Positions 27,400-44,685 of a stretch of DNA of 64,000 nucleotides are shown one piece after another. The stretch's first letter is position 1. The number at the start of each line of letters is the position of its first letter. The notes below the pieces were generated by a model. That model worked only from the letters and a program-made list of their open reading frames with translations, did no database searches and was not told the DNA's origin. The position numbers and the translations under genes were made by a program. Origin of the DNA: the human T2T-CHM13v2.0 reference genome, Homo sapiens; assembly GCF_009914755.1 (NCBI RefSeq), contig NC_060934.1. The stretch is one strand, 5' to 3'.

Positions 27400-28560
27400 T
27401 TAGAAGCAATGTCACCCCCCTAGAGAATGCCCACAGCTTGATATCTAAATACCAATCCCCACTAAGAGGAAATAATGTTTCTTAGAGAAATGGCTAATTT
27501 CCGGTTTCAGGCGCATAAAGTACAAAAAAAGAAAGTTAAGCCTGAAATACCTTACCAGAAATCAGGGAAGTGCCCCAAAATGAATAAGGTCAACTTAAAA
27601 GCCCACAGAGCCCAGCTCAAGTGGGCTCCACTAGCCAAATATGAGTCAATTTGGCCACTAAAAATAATAATAATTCATAGATCATCAAAGCCTTCAATAC
27701 ATTTTAAAAATCTATTAAGTCCAGAGTGATACTCAAAGAGTTTGGGAAGGGAGTTTCTCTTTAAAGAAGAATGCCAGCCAATTCATATAAATAAAATGAC
27801 GGAATCAGAAAAATCACCGTTTGCAATTCCCAATAATTCAGGCAAGTATCAAGAGAAGCTAAAAACCATCTGGTGAAAGGAGGTAGGGAAAAGGAGGATG
27901 TTGGCATAATGTCAAAGTATCACACCTACATACAAAGTATCCCCACAGACTATCCAATAATTACAAAGGGGAAATATACCTTACTATGATGAAATTCAGC
28001 TGTCACCAACTTAACCCAGAGATCAAGTTTAGCACCGCTAATTGTGGAACAACCTGATTTTATATGCCTGTTGTTTTGATGCAACATGAAGCACTAATAG
28101 CATTACCTGTGAAGGAGGGTTGCCAAAAATGCTTAACCTGAATACAATCAAGTTTATTGACCCAACTTCCAGTATACAAGAAATAGGGGCATAAAGGAAT
28201 GAGTAAATTGAGCATGAGGGAAGAATTACATCCAGAATATGGGACATTGTATAAGAAAACACCTAAATTCTTCCAAAGGTCAGTGACATTGAAAAGCGTG
28301 GGAACTGTTCTAGATTAAGAGGTAATCAGATGTAACAAGTGCAATGGATAAATCTTGATTGATCTTGGTTTTGAAAAACAAAGCTGTAAAAAAAATTTAG
28401 GGATCACTGGAAAATTTAAATATGGACTCAATATTAGATTATATTAAATTATTGCTAATTTTATTAGATGTAAAAACTATTTTATGGCTTCTTAGGAGAA
28501 TGTCCTATACTGACTATAGAAGTGTCCTATAGAAGTGATTGTTTCAAATTTTTCAAAATG
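27400..28560 (+). mobile_element. Old L1 (L1MC/MD-like) 3' fragment
   Basis: A-rich; ggaaaatttaaatatggact...ttcttaggagaatgtcct resembles L1MC 3' ends. Confidence 0.45.
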
Positions 28561-31232
28561 AAAAGTATAGATAGACTGGCTAAAACGCCTTTTAGAATAG
28601 TTTTGGGAGGTGTGTACGTGTGTGTTTGGGGATGATGGGGAAGAGCAGAAGATAGTTGCAGGGAACTCTGGGCATTAGCAATAGCTTAACAAGCTCAGAA
28701 GTAATACAGGAGATTACAAAAGCATTGTCAGAAACAAAAGACAATAGAAAGCCAGATGGGTCAATGTTTAGCAGGAAAGATGTGGGCAGGAGGCTGTAGC
28801 AGTCACCAGGAGCTCTTTGAAGGGCAGGAAGGAAAGCATGATTAATGTGAAAGAATTACTTTGACTTCCCCACATGCAGGAGAGTCAAGTGGGTCTTGCC
28901 TTCTGATGTTGTGATAGGAATTTTTTTTTCATTTTTTGGCCCTGTTTAACTTTCTCGTATAGCAGCTCCAGCAGCAGTCTTAAGACAGTCTTTTAAACTC
29001 GGAATTCATTGGATTCGTTTGCATCACAGCCCCTGAAAGTACCTTTCTTATCTGGATATTCCCCACCCCATATTCATGTCACTTACAGATCATTTATCTT
29101 AGAAAAAAGAGGAATGGTGTGAAATAGTCCACATTATTTGTATTGCACAGTGGATAATAGAGCAATCTTTTAATGAAGTTTGCTTAAACTGAACAACCAT
29201 GAGTGGCAGGGGATGTACATTCCCAAATGTAGACAGGAAAAAATAAGGCAGTTAACTTGACTTTTTCCAAAAACCAAAATGAATCCCAGAGTTTTGCCCC
29301 ATGAAGACTAGTGGGCATAATTTGACATGGTCACATTTGCCATTTTGTTGATATGTCAGCAGTTGAAAAACCCCAAAAAACTACACAATGGAGACCTTAA
29401 TGCTCAAAGATTCCATTAGGTGGCAGTCAGGATACAGGAATCTTTCAATGTCTGATTTCTCCGCCCCCTCCCCCACCTCCTCCAGCCTTAGTGAAGGAAT
29501 ATTGCCAGGTAGCGTGGTGGGGAGAGAGGAGTTAGGGAAAAACAAACACCCCCAAAAAACTATGGCTCGCAGTATCCAAATGATGAAGAACAGCAAGTTT
29601 TCTGTGCTCAACTTCCATTTTGGTTCTAATATATATGTTTTTCTTTGGCCTTCCTGTGATTCCTTCCTTTATAAATTCTTCTATATCTAAAGCCCTTTAT
29701 AGACCACTTGTAATGCTGTTTACATCTCTGTGTTATTAGTCTTAGAGCATAAGTAGGAAGTGTGGCTCATTTTGTTAAAGACCTGTAAGAGTTCAAGGGA
29801 CTTTTGTAGTGACACTCTCATCCTCTGTAATTATTGCTCATGAAAGGCTCCTGGTGGTCCTGGTTGGCTTTGTACATTGGGTTTCATGGGGAAAGGACTC
29901 TAAGTTCTGTGCGAAAGGTAAAGTTTTGGAGAGTGCCCTTGGGAACATCACCTGTGACGGCTGATGGGCAGGACTGGACAGAGGAAGAAGGTGAACTGTT
30001 ATGCGCTTGCAATAGGGACCTTAATCAGTCCCATAGAAGCTCTGGAACTGGGATGGCCCTTCTGTAACTGAGATGCCCCTGTCCCTTAAGTCAAGGGGCC
30101 AGGGCTTTATGTTCACCCATCATCAATTGACCAGCCAATAGATGGGGGCTATCCCTGTGAAAGGGGCTAAGAGCAATTCAGCTAAGAGCTGTCAGCTACT
30201 AGCACTCCCAACTGCTAGGAAGATGAGTACCTCAGTCCTAAAGAGGGAATCTGGGAAGCATACCATAACATCTGCTACACAGATGAAAACGACGTACTTT
30301 CTGAGTATCACCCCTATTTTTGGTATCTCTGACATTGTCTCTCTTGCAAAAGCTACCCATATTAGAGATCATGAAACATCACCTTCTCATCTTGTTTTCC
30401 TTGGATTAAAACTAATGGAGAAATGCCTCAGCACTTCCTGCAGATGATATGTTTGTTTCAAATTGATTTCTGATATATATATATTTTATGCTGTAGGAGA
30501 GTTTGCTTATGCAGAAGCATCTCAGGTACAAAGATTAAGCATTTCCTCTGTTGCAGAATACTCCAAAATATTTTGGCACAATTGGTGATGATTTACTCCA
30601 TCTCATCAAAAAGCCATTAGAGTGAGTTTTATAAAAAGAGAAAGAAAACGGAGAATAAATGATATTTTCTGAAAATAGCCTATTTGCAGGTAGTAAATGT
30701 ATGATTGGCTAGGAAGAAGATTTTAAATTGATATTTTTGCCTGACCTTGGCTTTTATTGTATTTCGTGACACTGATGCTCTTCCTAATTTTTTTTTCTAG
30801 TTTTAGCTGAAGAAATCACTTTCCTCCCTTATGGTCATTTAACTAGTTTTAAAGACCCTCTGAAAGTCTTTTGGATGTATTCTCTTTCCTCTATCCCCTG
30901 TGTTGCAAACCAGACTGCCATCATTTCTCACTTTGTCTAATGCAATAGCCTAAGAATGAATTCCTTCCTGAGACGCATCCTCCACTCTTGGTTATCAGAT
31001 TGATCTTCTGGAAACACCAATCTTAGCAAGCCCACACCTACTCATTGAAATCCTTGGTTAGCCCAGCATATAAGGCCATTGGGGATGCTGTCACAGCCTT
31101 AGCACTGGCACACACTCCTTATGTAAACCTGCCCTGTCTTTTCATGCATTTTTGCCTTTGCTCCAAGTGTCTGCTTTACCTCACATGCCTTTCCCCACTT
31201 CCCTGCCTGGAAGAATGCCTTTAAAGACCCAG

Positions 31233-31552
31233 TTTTTTGTTTGTTTTTGTTTGTGTTTTGTTTTGTTTGTTTTTGGTACAGAGTCTCACTCTGTCACCCA
31301 GGCTGGAGTGCAGTGGCCCGATCTCAACTCACTACAATCTCCAAACCTCCACCTCCTGGGTTCAAGTGATTCTCCTGCCTCAGCTTCCCGAGTAGCTGGG
31401 GCTACAGGCACCCGCCACCACGCCGGGCTAATATTTTTTTGTGTGTTTTTAGTAGAGATGGGGTTTCGCCATGTTGGCCAAGCTGGTCTCAAACTCCTGA
31501 CCTCAGCCTCTCAAAGTGCTGGGATTACGGGCGTGAGCCACCACGCCCCACC
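31233..31552 (-). mobile_element. AluS
   Basis: Dimeric Alu with TTTG-type tail; aaagaccca flanking repeat. Confidence 0.88.
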
Positions 31553-32567
31553 AAAAGACCCAATTCTAATGGGCATTGGTGACAACTTACCAGCTTTCAG
31601 GAGTAGAGCTCCTTGCTTCTCTTTTCTGCTCCCTTAGTCTTTTTATATTTGTTAAGAGAACCCTGGACTACTGGGTTTAGAACTGGGAGCCTTGAGACAT
31701 TATATCCAAGGGGTAGGGGGTAGTCACATCCTGTTCTTTGCATCTTCAACACCTGGCGAGATGAGCCTCCTTGATAACGTGACTGTTTAGTTGGACTACA
31801 TTTGATCTCCTTGAGAACACAGAGAAAGTATATTTTTGGTATCAGTGAACACTATATTTGACTTTGGCAAATATTCTAAAGATTTCTTGTAATTGGTGTT
31901 ATAATACTTCTCTGACACTTGGACACATGACATCAATTTCTTCATAAGTTTATTACTATAGTAAAAAGTAAGGAGTGAATGTTTTAGGCATTTTCATTAT
32001 GGAAAGAACTTCTGATTAATCCTAGTGATAGCATGTTTTTTTACAGCCAATTGAAAGTGATTTTTACATTCATTTGTGCTGGTAAGTATATAGATATGAA
32101 AAATGAGAGCTGTAATAGCAGCTTGGTTATGAGCAATTTAATCAACATAGCTCTGGTCTATATTTTCAGCGCTACTGGCTGCCCAAGTCTGATGATGTCT
32201 CTACAGGCAACATTAAGTAGAACCAATTAACCTGGCTTTCAGTAGAAGAACAATGTTCATGTAACTGAGACAAGAAAGTAGCTATGATGTATAGATACAT
32301 GTGGCCATTGATCCTGTGGCTTATGAAAGTATTGAACATGTTCTTTGCATCTTATCTGGAAAAAAAATGAAGATAACATATTTCCCTATATCCTCATAAG
32401 ACAAACAAATGGATGTGAATATAATAGCTGTTTCTAACAGTTTCTGTGCCACATTTAATGGTCATGGGCTTTTTTGGGGTGTTGATGTTCTGTTTTGACT
32501 AATTAGTTTTTTCTTCACATCACTCTCAAAACTATTTTACCATCAAAGGAAGATATGTCAACATTCT

Positions 32568-33169
<602 letters not shown>

Positions 33170-33899
33170 CATGTCAGCATTCTTAATGAGCAGGTGAGAC
33201 AGCACCCTGGATGGGAATCTGTAGTTCTAGTATGGATTCTGCCTCTCACTAGCTGTGAGACCTTCTGCAGAGAGACCTTAATTTCAGTGGGCCTCCATTT
33301 CCTTCCTTATGTTTATTTTTCCCCCCACATTTAAAATTTGTTTTTATTTTACCTAAAATTACCAGAATAGTTATTCCCAACCTACTTTACCTCATTGCCT
33401 TATGTAGGATATCACCTCATGAACATTTTTTATTGGTGTAACACTTAAATGTAATACAGATAAAGAGATAGATGTTTTAACTGTATACATTTATTTATTA
33501 TCTTTAAAAAATAATTTCAGAATTTATTAAATGTAGTTTTAAACACTTTTAAAAATGAAGATATTTAACCAACAGTAGGAATTAAAAAAAGTTGTTAGCA
33601 AGTTTTTTCTGGACATATGTCATATTCTTTTACATAATAAGGTCATTTAGACAAATTAGTTTGTGTGCACATCACATTCATAAAGTGAAATACCTAGTTT
33701 TATGGAATTAGTCACTTCTGATACTGTTAATATTTAATGAATTCAACCTAAGACATATTTAATCAAAATACAAAATTGTTACATCTTTTATAACTACTAT
33801 ATCTAAATCTCCTTATAAAATATTTATATGAAATCTATAGATGAAGATTTTCCTTCCATGGTCAATTGACCACCAGTTATCTATTAATTTTCTTTAATG

Positions 33900-34070
33900 A
33901 AACTTCCCACAATTTAAAAAATTTTAATGGTTTTAAATATAAAATATAAATATATAATTATAAATATAATATATACTATATATAATACCATGGTTTAAAA
34001 TATAAATGTAAAGATACCTTTTGTAGGCATAATTTCAATATAATTTTATATATTATACTTTAATATACTT
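33900..34070. repeat. AT-rich low-complexity tract
   Basis: Degenerate (ATA/TATAA)n. Confidence 0.7.
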
Positions 34071-34579
34071 CTTCTCCTTTCATTAACTAAGATATTATCC
34101 ATGAATACTCTTACTTATATTTCATTGCAGCCTAAGACTCTGTGATTCCTGAGTGTACAGGAGTCATAACATTTGACATACAGTCTGTCTGCCCTGATGA
34201 ATCCAGTCCATAGACAATTACTCAATCCTATCCCAATCTCTCCTTCCTCAAGTTTCTACTGCAGTATTTCAGAGCTACACAGTCTAATGCTTATTAGTCC
34301 TCTGATGGTAAGTTCTAGTAAGGCAGGGTTCCATGTATGAAATCCTACCTCGTCCCCCTCCCCTCAACCCCAGCCAACTCCCAGGTCTAGGCATTTGGTG
34401 TGGACTCAGTTAATACAAGGTGATGGAAGGTGGAATCTCAGGAACTCTACAGCTATATCTAAGAGTTGTCCTCCCCTTTCATTTTACAGAGAAAAGAAAG
34501 ATCATTTGGCAAGAATTTCCTAAGATACCTTCCCCCCCCAGCACATACACCTTCAGGTTTTATTCATCCTTGAAAATAC

Positions 34580-35600
34580 TGAAAAAATATGACTAGATTA
34601 AAATGTAAATCATGTATACAAAGACATTCTTAAAAAGTTAAAGACAATCCGCAGACCATGAGAAGTTACTTGTGATAAAGAATTAGTAGCCATAATAATA
34701 ATAATTTTAAAAATCCTATGTATCATTTAGAAAATAACCCAATGGAAAAATGAAAAGTAGAAGAAAGAAGGAAAGTAGGAGGTTATCTAAACAAACAATT
34801 TACAAAAGAAAGAACCCCAAATGGCTGATAACATATGAAAAATACTCAAACTTATGAATAATCAGGGATATATCCACAAAAACTATAGCCCCTCAGGTAG
34901 GAGAAAATGTTAAAGTCTGAAAAGAAAACACTCAGCAAATGGTAACACTCATACACGACTAGTGGAACTACATATGGTCATACCCACTGTGGAGGCCAAT
35001 TTGGCATTATCTAGTAAGGGTAAGGTGGGTGCTCCTGTAGCCAGCAATTCTATTCTTAGAGAAGCTCTTGGATATGTAATAAGGAGACACATAAAACTGA
35101 TTTCAGCTTTAATTTTAAAAAGGAAAACTTTAAAACAAAACCTGAATCCCCATCAACAGGAAACTGCTGGGAAAAGTGTGGTATATTTATTCAATGGAGT
35201 ATTGAATAAATATTTTATGAAATGAAAAAAAATGAACTAGAGGTACAAATATCAACATGGATAAATCTCAAAAAAATGTTAAGCAACAACAAAAAAAAGA
35301 AAATTTCAGTATAATATATATAGCTGGAGACCATTTATACAAATTTTAAAGTCATGGAAAAATATTTCATATTGTTTATGGGAACACATTGGTAGCAGAG
35401 TATAAGACCATGCATGAAAATGAAAAATACCAACTTCAGGATAGTGGTTGTCTCCGGGGAAGAAGGAGGGGCATTGGGGTACTACAGAAAGCTTTTCATT
35501 ATGTCTGTAATATTTTATTTCTTCGATATATGATGTGTCGTATGTTTAAAAAGCAGAGAAATCAAGATCTCATAAGAGTCCTTATGGCATATTTATTTAA
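34580..35600 (+). mobile_element. Old L1ME-like 3' fragment
   Basis: ccaaatggctgataacatatgaaaaatactcaa...ccagcaattctattct...caacatggataaatctcaaaaa motifs. Confidence 0.6.
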
Positions 35601-35649
35601 AAATATGTAAGTTCAATACAAGGACACTTTTGTAAATTTTAGAAAAAGG

Positions 35650-36455
35650 CGATATGAGAGGGGGGCAGGGAAGTGCTGGGTAGAGAAGGGTGAGGTCCCT
35701 GGTGAGGGCTCCACCTTCGGGCCTGCGCCCAAGGACCTAAGGGAGGACAAGCATTCCTGGTTTCCTGCCCAAATGTTGCATTTTCCAAGACCACCCTGGC
35801 CTGCCACACCCCGCATCGTGTGCCCACAAAAACCTGAAGATCCTAGCGGGCCTACACACAAGCGGCTGGATGCCAAGAGGATCAGAGGAGAAGAGGAGCA
35901 CACCGACAGACACCAGCAGACGCTGGCAGGCCATTGATGACAGGACATTTTGGAATTCGGTGGGGGGGCGGTTGGAAGAGTCCAGCCAACTGGAAGACAG
36001 GGGACAGGGGAAGACAGCCTTCCCACACCATCTCCCTCCTGGCCTCCCCATCCATCTCGCTGAGGGCTACTTCCACCACTTAATAAAAAACTTTGCACCC
36101 ATCCTCCAAGCCCACGTGTGACCCAATTTTTCCGATACACTAAGGCAAGAACCTGGGATACAGAAATCCTCTGTCCTTGCAATAAGGCAGAGGGTCTAAT
36201 TGAGCAGATTAACACAAGCCACCTGCAGATAGCAAAAGTGAAAGAGCGCACTGTAACACACGCCCACTGGGGCTTTGGGAGCTGTACACACTTAACCTTA
36301 GATGCTGCCATGGGGTCAAAGCCCAAAAGCACTCCCCATGACCTGCCTGTTTGCATGTTTCTGCTAGGAGTTTGAGCAGCAGGATACCAAAAAAGCAAGC
36401 CACAGCCCTGTCACATGCTTTGCGAAGGGGATAAGGGAAAACTCCTCTCATTTCA
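35650..36455 (+). mobile_element. Solo ERV1 LTR (LTR1/LTR27/MER52 group)
   Basis: Starts (T>C)GATATGAGAGGGGGGCAGGGAAGTGCTGGGTAGAG and ends gggaaaactcctctcatttCA; internal AATAAA near 36081; imperfect flanking repeat aaagg/aaagt. Subfamily is uncertain. Confidence 0.75.
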
Positions 36456-37016
36456 AAAGTACCCCCTCCCTTCAACAAATGTGATGCCACAGAGACATGT
36501 TTAGATAGTACGTGACTAAGGATGCCTCTTCCTCTAGGTAGACACAGCCCCACATCAGGGCTTATAGCTTGGAGAGCAGAATGCTCCTCTCAGCCAGGGA
36601 TCCACATACAGGACATGACCAATATAACCATATGTAGCAGCCCTGACTCTATATCAAAGAAACCCTTCTTCCCCTCCTTTCTTGCATCTCAGAGTCAAAG
36701 GGAGAAGTCTCCTTGCTCTTGTCCAAGGCAAACAGCTCCAGCTGGGCTAAGCTTATCTCTCCCCAACTTTCCTCTCTCATTATTCCCTCATTCCTGCAGC
36801 TTCAGCCTTGCTTCCCTTCTAGCCCCTTTTCCTAGCCTTTGACCTTATGTTTCTATTTGCTGCCACTTCTCAGCCCATTGTAGTCTTCCACTGTATCACT
36901 GAAATGACTGTCATACACAAAGTCATCAAAGCCCTCCTAACTCTCAGAGAGCCACTCTGCCATTCACTTGATCTTTGCAATATTTGACACCTTCCTTATG
37001 AAAACTCCTCTTGTGA

Positions 37017-37376
<360 letters not shown>

Positions 37377-37519
37377 TTATTCTCTCCTGGATTTTCTCCC
37401 TTTGGCTGATGGAACTCTTTGTTTTTATAGGCTCTTGTTCTACCACATGGCTTGTAAATATTAGTGTTCCTTCCTTACGCAAGTTTTCATCTCACTTTGA
37501 TTCAAGTAGTTTCAACCTT

Positions 37520-37900
37520 CATTTAACAACTATTTATTGAACGCCTACTCTATATCATGCTCTTTGCTCAGTGTTTGGGAGAAAGCAGTGAAAAGGCCCT
37601 GCTCTTGCGGACCTTATATGGTAGTGAGGGGAGACAGACAGCAACAATTTAAAAAGCAGATACTAGTTACGTGAAGATAAGTGCTATGGGGAAAAGCAAA
37701 GGAGAGCAAGGAGATAGGTAGTGCAAAGGAGGGAAGGAGTTGTATTTGTTTTATAGCAACGGTCAGGAAGGCCTCATTGAAAAGTTGACTTTGGGGCTGA
37801 GACCTGAAGGGAGTGAGAATTGTGAACCATGTGGATACCTGGTGGAAGATCATTCCATACAGGGGGAACAGCAAGTGGAAAGACCCTGAGGTGGGCATAT
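37520..37900 (-). mobile_element. L2 fragment
   Basis: ttcatttaacaactatttattgaacgcctact... L2 3' end in reverse. Confidence 0.65.
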
Positions 37901-38139
37901 TCCCGTTTTGAATATGTTGAATTTGAAAGGCCTATTATTTATTCAAGTGGAAATATCAAGGCAGTTGGAAATATATTCAGACTTGGGGAGGAGCAGGTTG
38001 GCGGGAGGTAGGAATGAGAGAGAGAACCAGGAGTTTAGTTAATTTGTGCTAGATGAAGCATATGTTGTCTATCAGTGATCAACACATAGCTATAAAGTGG
38101 GTACTTGAATCTATTCAATAAGTATTTATTAAACCCCTG

Positions 38140-40030
<1,891 letters not shown>

Positions 40031-42161
40031 AAAAGTGAAAGAAGCCACAGACATTTTGCACACATGTCCAAAATGGAATTTATCCTCTTCCCTCCGAATT
40101 TGCTCCTCTTCTTGTATTTACTTTTTCAGGAAATGATGCTACCTGCTGCCTTCTACAAGAGAGAACCCTGGAGTCCCTCTGAACTCATTCTTCTCCTTTC
40201 TTTTCTACTTCAGTGGGACACCAACTCCATCTACTATGTCATTACATAGCTCAAGCCTCTTTCCTTTCTCACAGCTGCTGTCTTAGTACAATTCCATATT
40301 TATAGCCTGGGAGTCTCCTAAATTGTCATCCTGATCTCTTCTCTTTCTGCTGCCGGAATGGTTATTTTAAGCCCGAATTCTGACCTTGTCACTTTCCAGT
40401 TTAAAATCTTCCAGTGATTTTCCATCCCTTTGGAAACAGAATTTCTATACCGTAGCATATTGCTTCAAGATCTGGGTCCTGATGTCATCTCTAGCCTTAG
40501 TTATGCCACTTGGAGGTCTCCAAATGAGCCACAGTGTCACACCTCTGTGGTTTGCCAATGTTGATCTTTTTTAGTGGAAGTTTATTCTCTTGTTTCTCAG
40601 GCTAATCTGTACTCATCCTTCAATCACCAACTCAAGGGTCATCTTCTCTTGGAAAACGTCCCTGACCCCTTTCCCTAGGTGGAACTGGATGCCCCCTGCT
40701 CATCCTGCGTAGTGCTGTGGTATCTGTGCTCCTTTACCTCTATTATATCTGGTGTTCCATTGTACTCTTGCCATTGATTTTCCTTTAGCATCAGGTCTTA
40801 TTCATCTGTAGATCTCCAGAACATGGCAAATAGCTGGGGCTGAGTGTTTGTTGAATGAGCAAATGGCTGAGTGAAACAAGAGTTTGAATTGATTCCCTAT
40901 ATGGAGCCTATCTGTTTCTCAGGCAGTAAGTTCTTCTTTTGCCATGATAAACCTCCCCAAATAAGATTATCCAGGTGAGAAAACCAGCAAAGAACCTGAG
41001 GCAAAGGCCCAAGGAGAGGAACTTTGTACACGTGCTTACATAATGGACAGTGAGGCAACTGAGCTTATTTTTCCACCAAGGAGATGCGTTGGGCTAAGCA
41101 ATTCATGTGTAACTTTGGTCACTAGCACATGAGTAGACCAACAATAAGCTTAAACTAGGAGAGTGATCTTTTTCAATGAAACCGTTTTGGACTCTTTTCT
41201 GCTGTAGGTGAGAGACTACCCTTCTTTGCTTTTTATACCACTTTTTGTGGACTAGTACTCATGTCCATCACTCATATCCCTAGGATTCTTCCTTCTAACT
41301 CTTAAGCCACTCATTTGCCAAAACAAAGCCCAAATTTCTCCAAAATATTGTCTTTTGTTTGCAGTCATTTTCAGCTCATCAGCATTATTGATTTTATGTC
41401 CACTCTGAAGGGAAGGCCACAGAGTTGACACCCAGGAAAATGATTCTCACTCAACTTACAGACCAGCTTAAACCAGGAAAAATGGGACCTGCAGAAAGAT
41501 CTGGCTGTCCCAGACAAATGGGCATGAGTCAGGTTTAGCTCTGTCAGGAGGCCTCTCTGCTGCTGCATCACTGCCACATCAGCTGCCCTCCCGCACATTC
41601 CTGCTCTTGCTCCTTGTCTTCTGGAGCTGGTTGAGCATAGGCCCAGGGACCTAGTGAGTCAGCTCACTATGCCAGTTCCCTCCTCTGTGACCTGGTGCTT
41701 TTCTTTCCATCCTTTCTTTCCTTTCTATCGTCCTCCCAGATGATAACATTTCTCTTATAAAGATTATATTATGACCATACTTGAAAGATTTGTACATGTT
41801 TTGTTTATTTTCATTGCCGGAGCTAATTACCACACTAGTGCTTTCTGTAGATATCTCTTGTCTATCCCAGAATTCTTATCCTGAGTCCACTTAATAGATA
41901 ACATAGGTGGGAGTCCTGAGACCTGGGAGAGGCAATATTCCTCCAATGTCCAGCCCAAGCCATATACTGAACATCTGTTGCCAACTCTCTTTGTACCCCC
42001 AAGAAACTCCTTTCATATGAGGGAGACCCCTTCATGGTTTACTAAAAAGCAATTTAGAAGTAGCAGAAGTAGCATCAACAAAGGTAAGTCAAAGAAGGAA
42101 AATAAGTTGTCAAGAACAGTGAGCAGTGATAGAGCTCAAAAAAATCAGACCACATATTTCT

Positions 42162-42381
42162 TTTTTTTTTTTGAGATGGAGTTTCACTCTGGTTGCCCAG
42201 GCTGGAGTGCAATGGCGTGATCTTGGCTCACTGCAACTTTCGCCTCCTGGGTTAAGGTGATTCTCCTGCCTCAAACTTCTGGTAGCTGGGATTACAGGCA
42301 TGTGCCACCATGCCCAGCTAATTTTGTATTTTTAGTAGAGACAGGGTTTCTCCATGTTGGTCAGGCTGGTCTTGAACTCCC
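42162..42381 (-). mobile_element. 5'-truncated AluSp-like element
   Basis: TSD gaccacatatttct at 42148-42161 and 42385-42398. Confidence 0.9.
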
Positions 42382-43375
42382 ATTGACCACATATTTCTAT
42401 GCTTGGGGTGTATCCATCAAAGTGAGTGGGTGACACTTGTCCCAGCCCAACACTGAATGACTCACTTTCTGTGCTATCAGCAAACAACCAAGGCTCTGCC
42501 CGGTAGTTAACAAACTCACCGAAGGAAACGCTATTCTGAATCTGTCACTAATTGAATTTTTAAATGTAATCCAATTGCCAGCCAATTTACAAACTTCCTC
42601 TGTATTCTCCAGGTTGTTTCTAGCCTTCCTCCTAATCACTTTTGCAGCCTGGCTGGATTTGATCAGGTTTATCTTTGTTTGGTTTGAGAAGGAATTGAAA
42701 TGCCTCCTTCTCTTAAGAAGATGATTGTATATCCCTTGCAGTTTGCTTAGGGCACAGAGGTGATCTCATAGGGTTTTTCCACTCGGTGTATTTGATTTTA
42801 AAAACATAAATATGTGAAAGCCCCAATGTTGCCTCTTAAAATCCCCTTTGTGCTCAAAGAGGAAGTTTGGTGAACAGTTTCAGCAAAGTATCAGGAATAT
42901 CAGATAGCATTGATTCACCGAGTTCTGGAAACAAACCTCAGCTTCTCCAGTCATTGGCTCATGATAAGAAAACTTCCCTTCCCACAAACTAATATGACAA
43001 AAAAGAGAGATCAGATAAAGATGACACATGAATTTGACGAGTGTTCCATCTTTTTTTACCCCAGCTCATGCTGTGCCCTTCTGGCTACACCATTGCCCTT
43101 GCTTCTCTACACAAAAGTCTTCTTCATTCTCACTCTTGCCCAGTAACCTTCACCAACATTCTGTCCTGTGGGGAGCTCTTCCTCCCCTGAACAACTCTGG
43201 CTTGCATGTAAAAATCTCCTAACATACACACACAGTATAGACTTTCCAAGGCAGGGACTCTGCTGAATTCTTATTTGCACACCTGTGGGATAAGCTGCTT
43301 AGCTCACAGCCCTGGTGTGCAATGCAGGCTGGGCATCAGAACTACCCATATAGCTTTTAAGAACTACAAATGTCT

Positions 43376-43679
<304 letters not shown>

Positions 43680-44404
43680 CTACAAATGTCCAGACCCCAC
43701 TCCGGGCCTTCTGAATCAAGATCACTCCATAGGTGACTCTGACTTGCGGCTGAAATGAGAACCACTAGCTTACCATCATTGGAAGGATTAAACGAGTTAA
43801 CATACAGACGGATATTTTTTAAACTATAGACTTTCATGACAAATGCTAGGTATGATTCGTAGTGAATGCTACAGTTGCCCTCCACCCCATCCAACCCTTC
43901 TAACTCCTCCTCCCTTTCTCAAAGTTTCTGTTCAGAGGGTCACTCCTCCTCCACGCAGCCCCGTGGCTTCAGGGAAGCTGACCCCGCCTTCAGTGTCAGG
44001 TGAGGGGCTGATTTGTCTGAGCCTAAATCCATGATTCAGGAGTGGGGATGTGACTGGCCATTGAGACCCAGAAGGACTGCTGGAGGCTTCTGGGAAGAGT
44101 TTCCCTCACTTTGGGAAGCTTTGCTCTCCTGTCATGATTCTAGTTGTTACTGACAGCCATTCTGGGACCTTTCTCTCTCTCTTTCCTCTCTCCTTTCCCC
44201 AGAGGTAACAGGGCTTAGGATAATGCTATGAAAACACCTTGGTCTTTGACGGTGGATGGAGCTACCCTGAGCTGATCTCAATTTGGATTTCCATTTCTGT
44301 GCACCAGGAAATGCCTCATGGTTTAAGGCAGCTCTGTTACTTGTGGCTGAAATATCCTCCTGGCTACATTTGCTTTTAATTCCTTCTCAAGTATCATCTG
44401 ACAC

Positions 44405-44685
44405 AATGCCCTCTTTAGTAAATGCTTCAATAAGTATTTGTTGAATGTATGAATGACTTCATCGTCATTGAGTGCCTAGACTTGCTGGGTACTGGAGATA
44501 CAGTAGCAACTAAAAGAAGTCCCTTTCCTTATGGATTTTATATTCTGGTGGGAATAAAACTGCACTTGTGGGTCAGGTTAGCAGCTTCTCTAGAGAAATA
44601 AACTTTATGTTTCTAGTTGTACAAACAGATGGTTCAACCCACATTAGGGGTTAGAATGGTAACATTTGTGCTAAAGAATCACTGC
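44405..44685 (+). repeat. Local direct duplication, copy 1
   Basis: Aligns with 45918-45973 plus 46272-46497. Confidence 0.92.

Noticed and set aside
35613-36398. 261-aa ORF on the - strand, the longest in the window
   Set aside because: Lies antisense almost entirely inside a GC-rich solo LTR; no recognisable domain or splice context.
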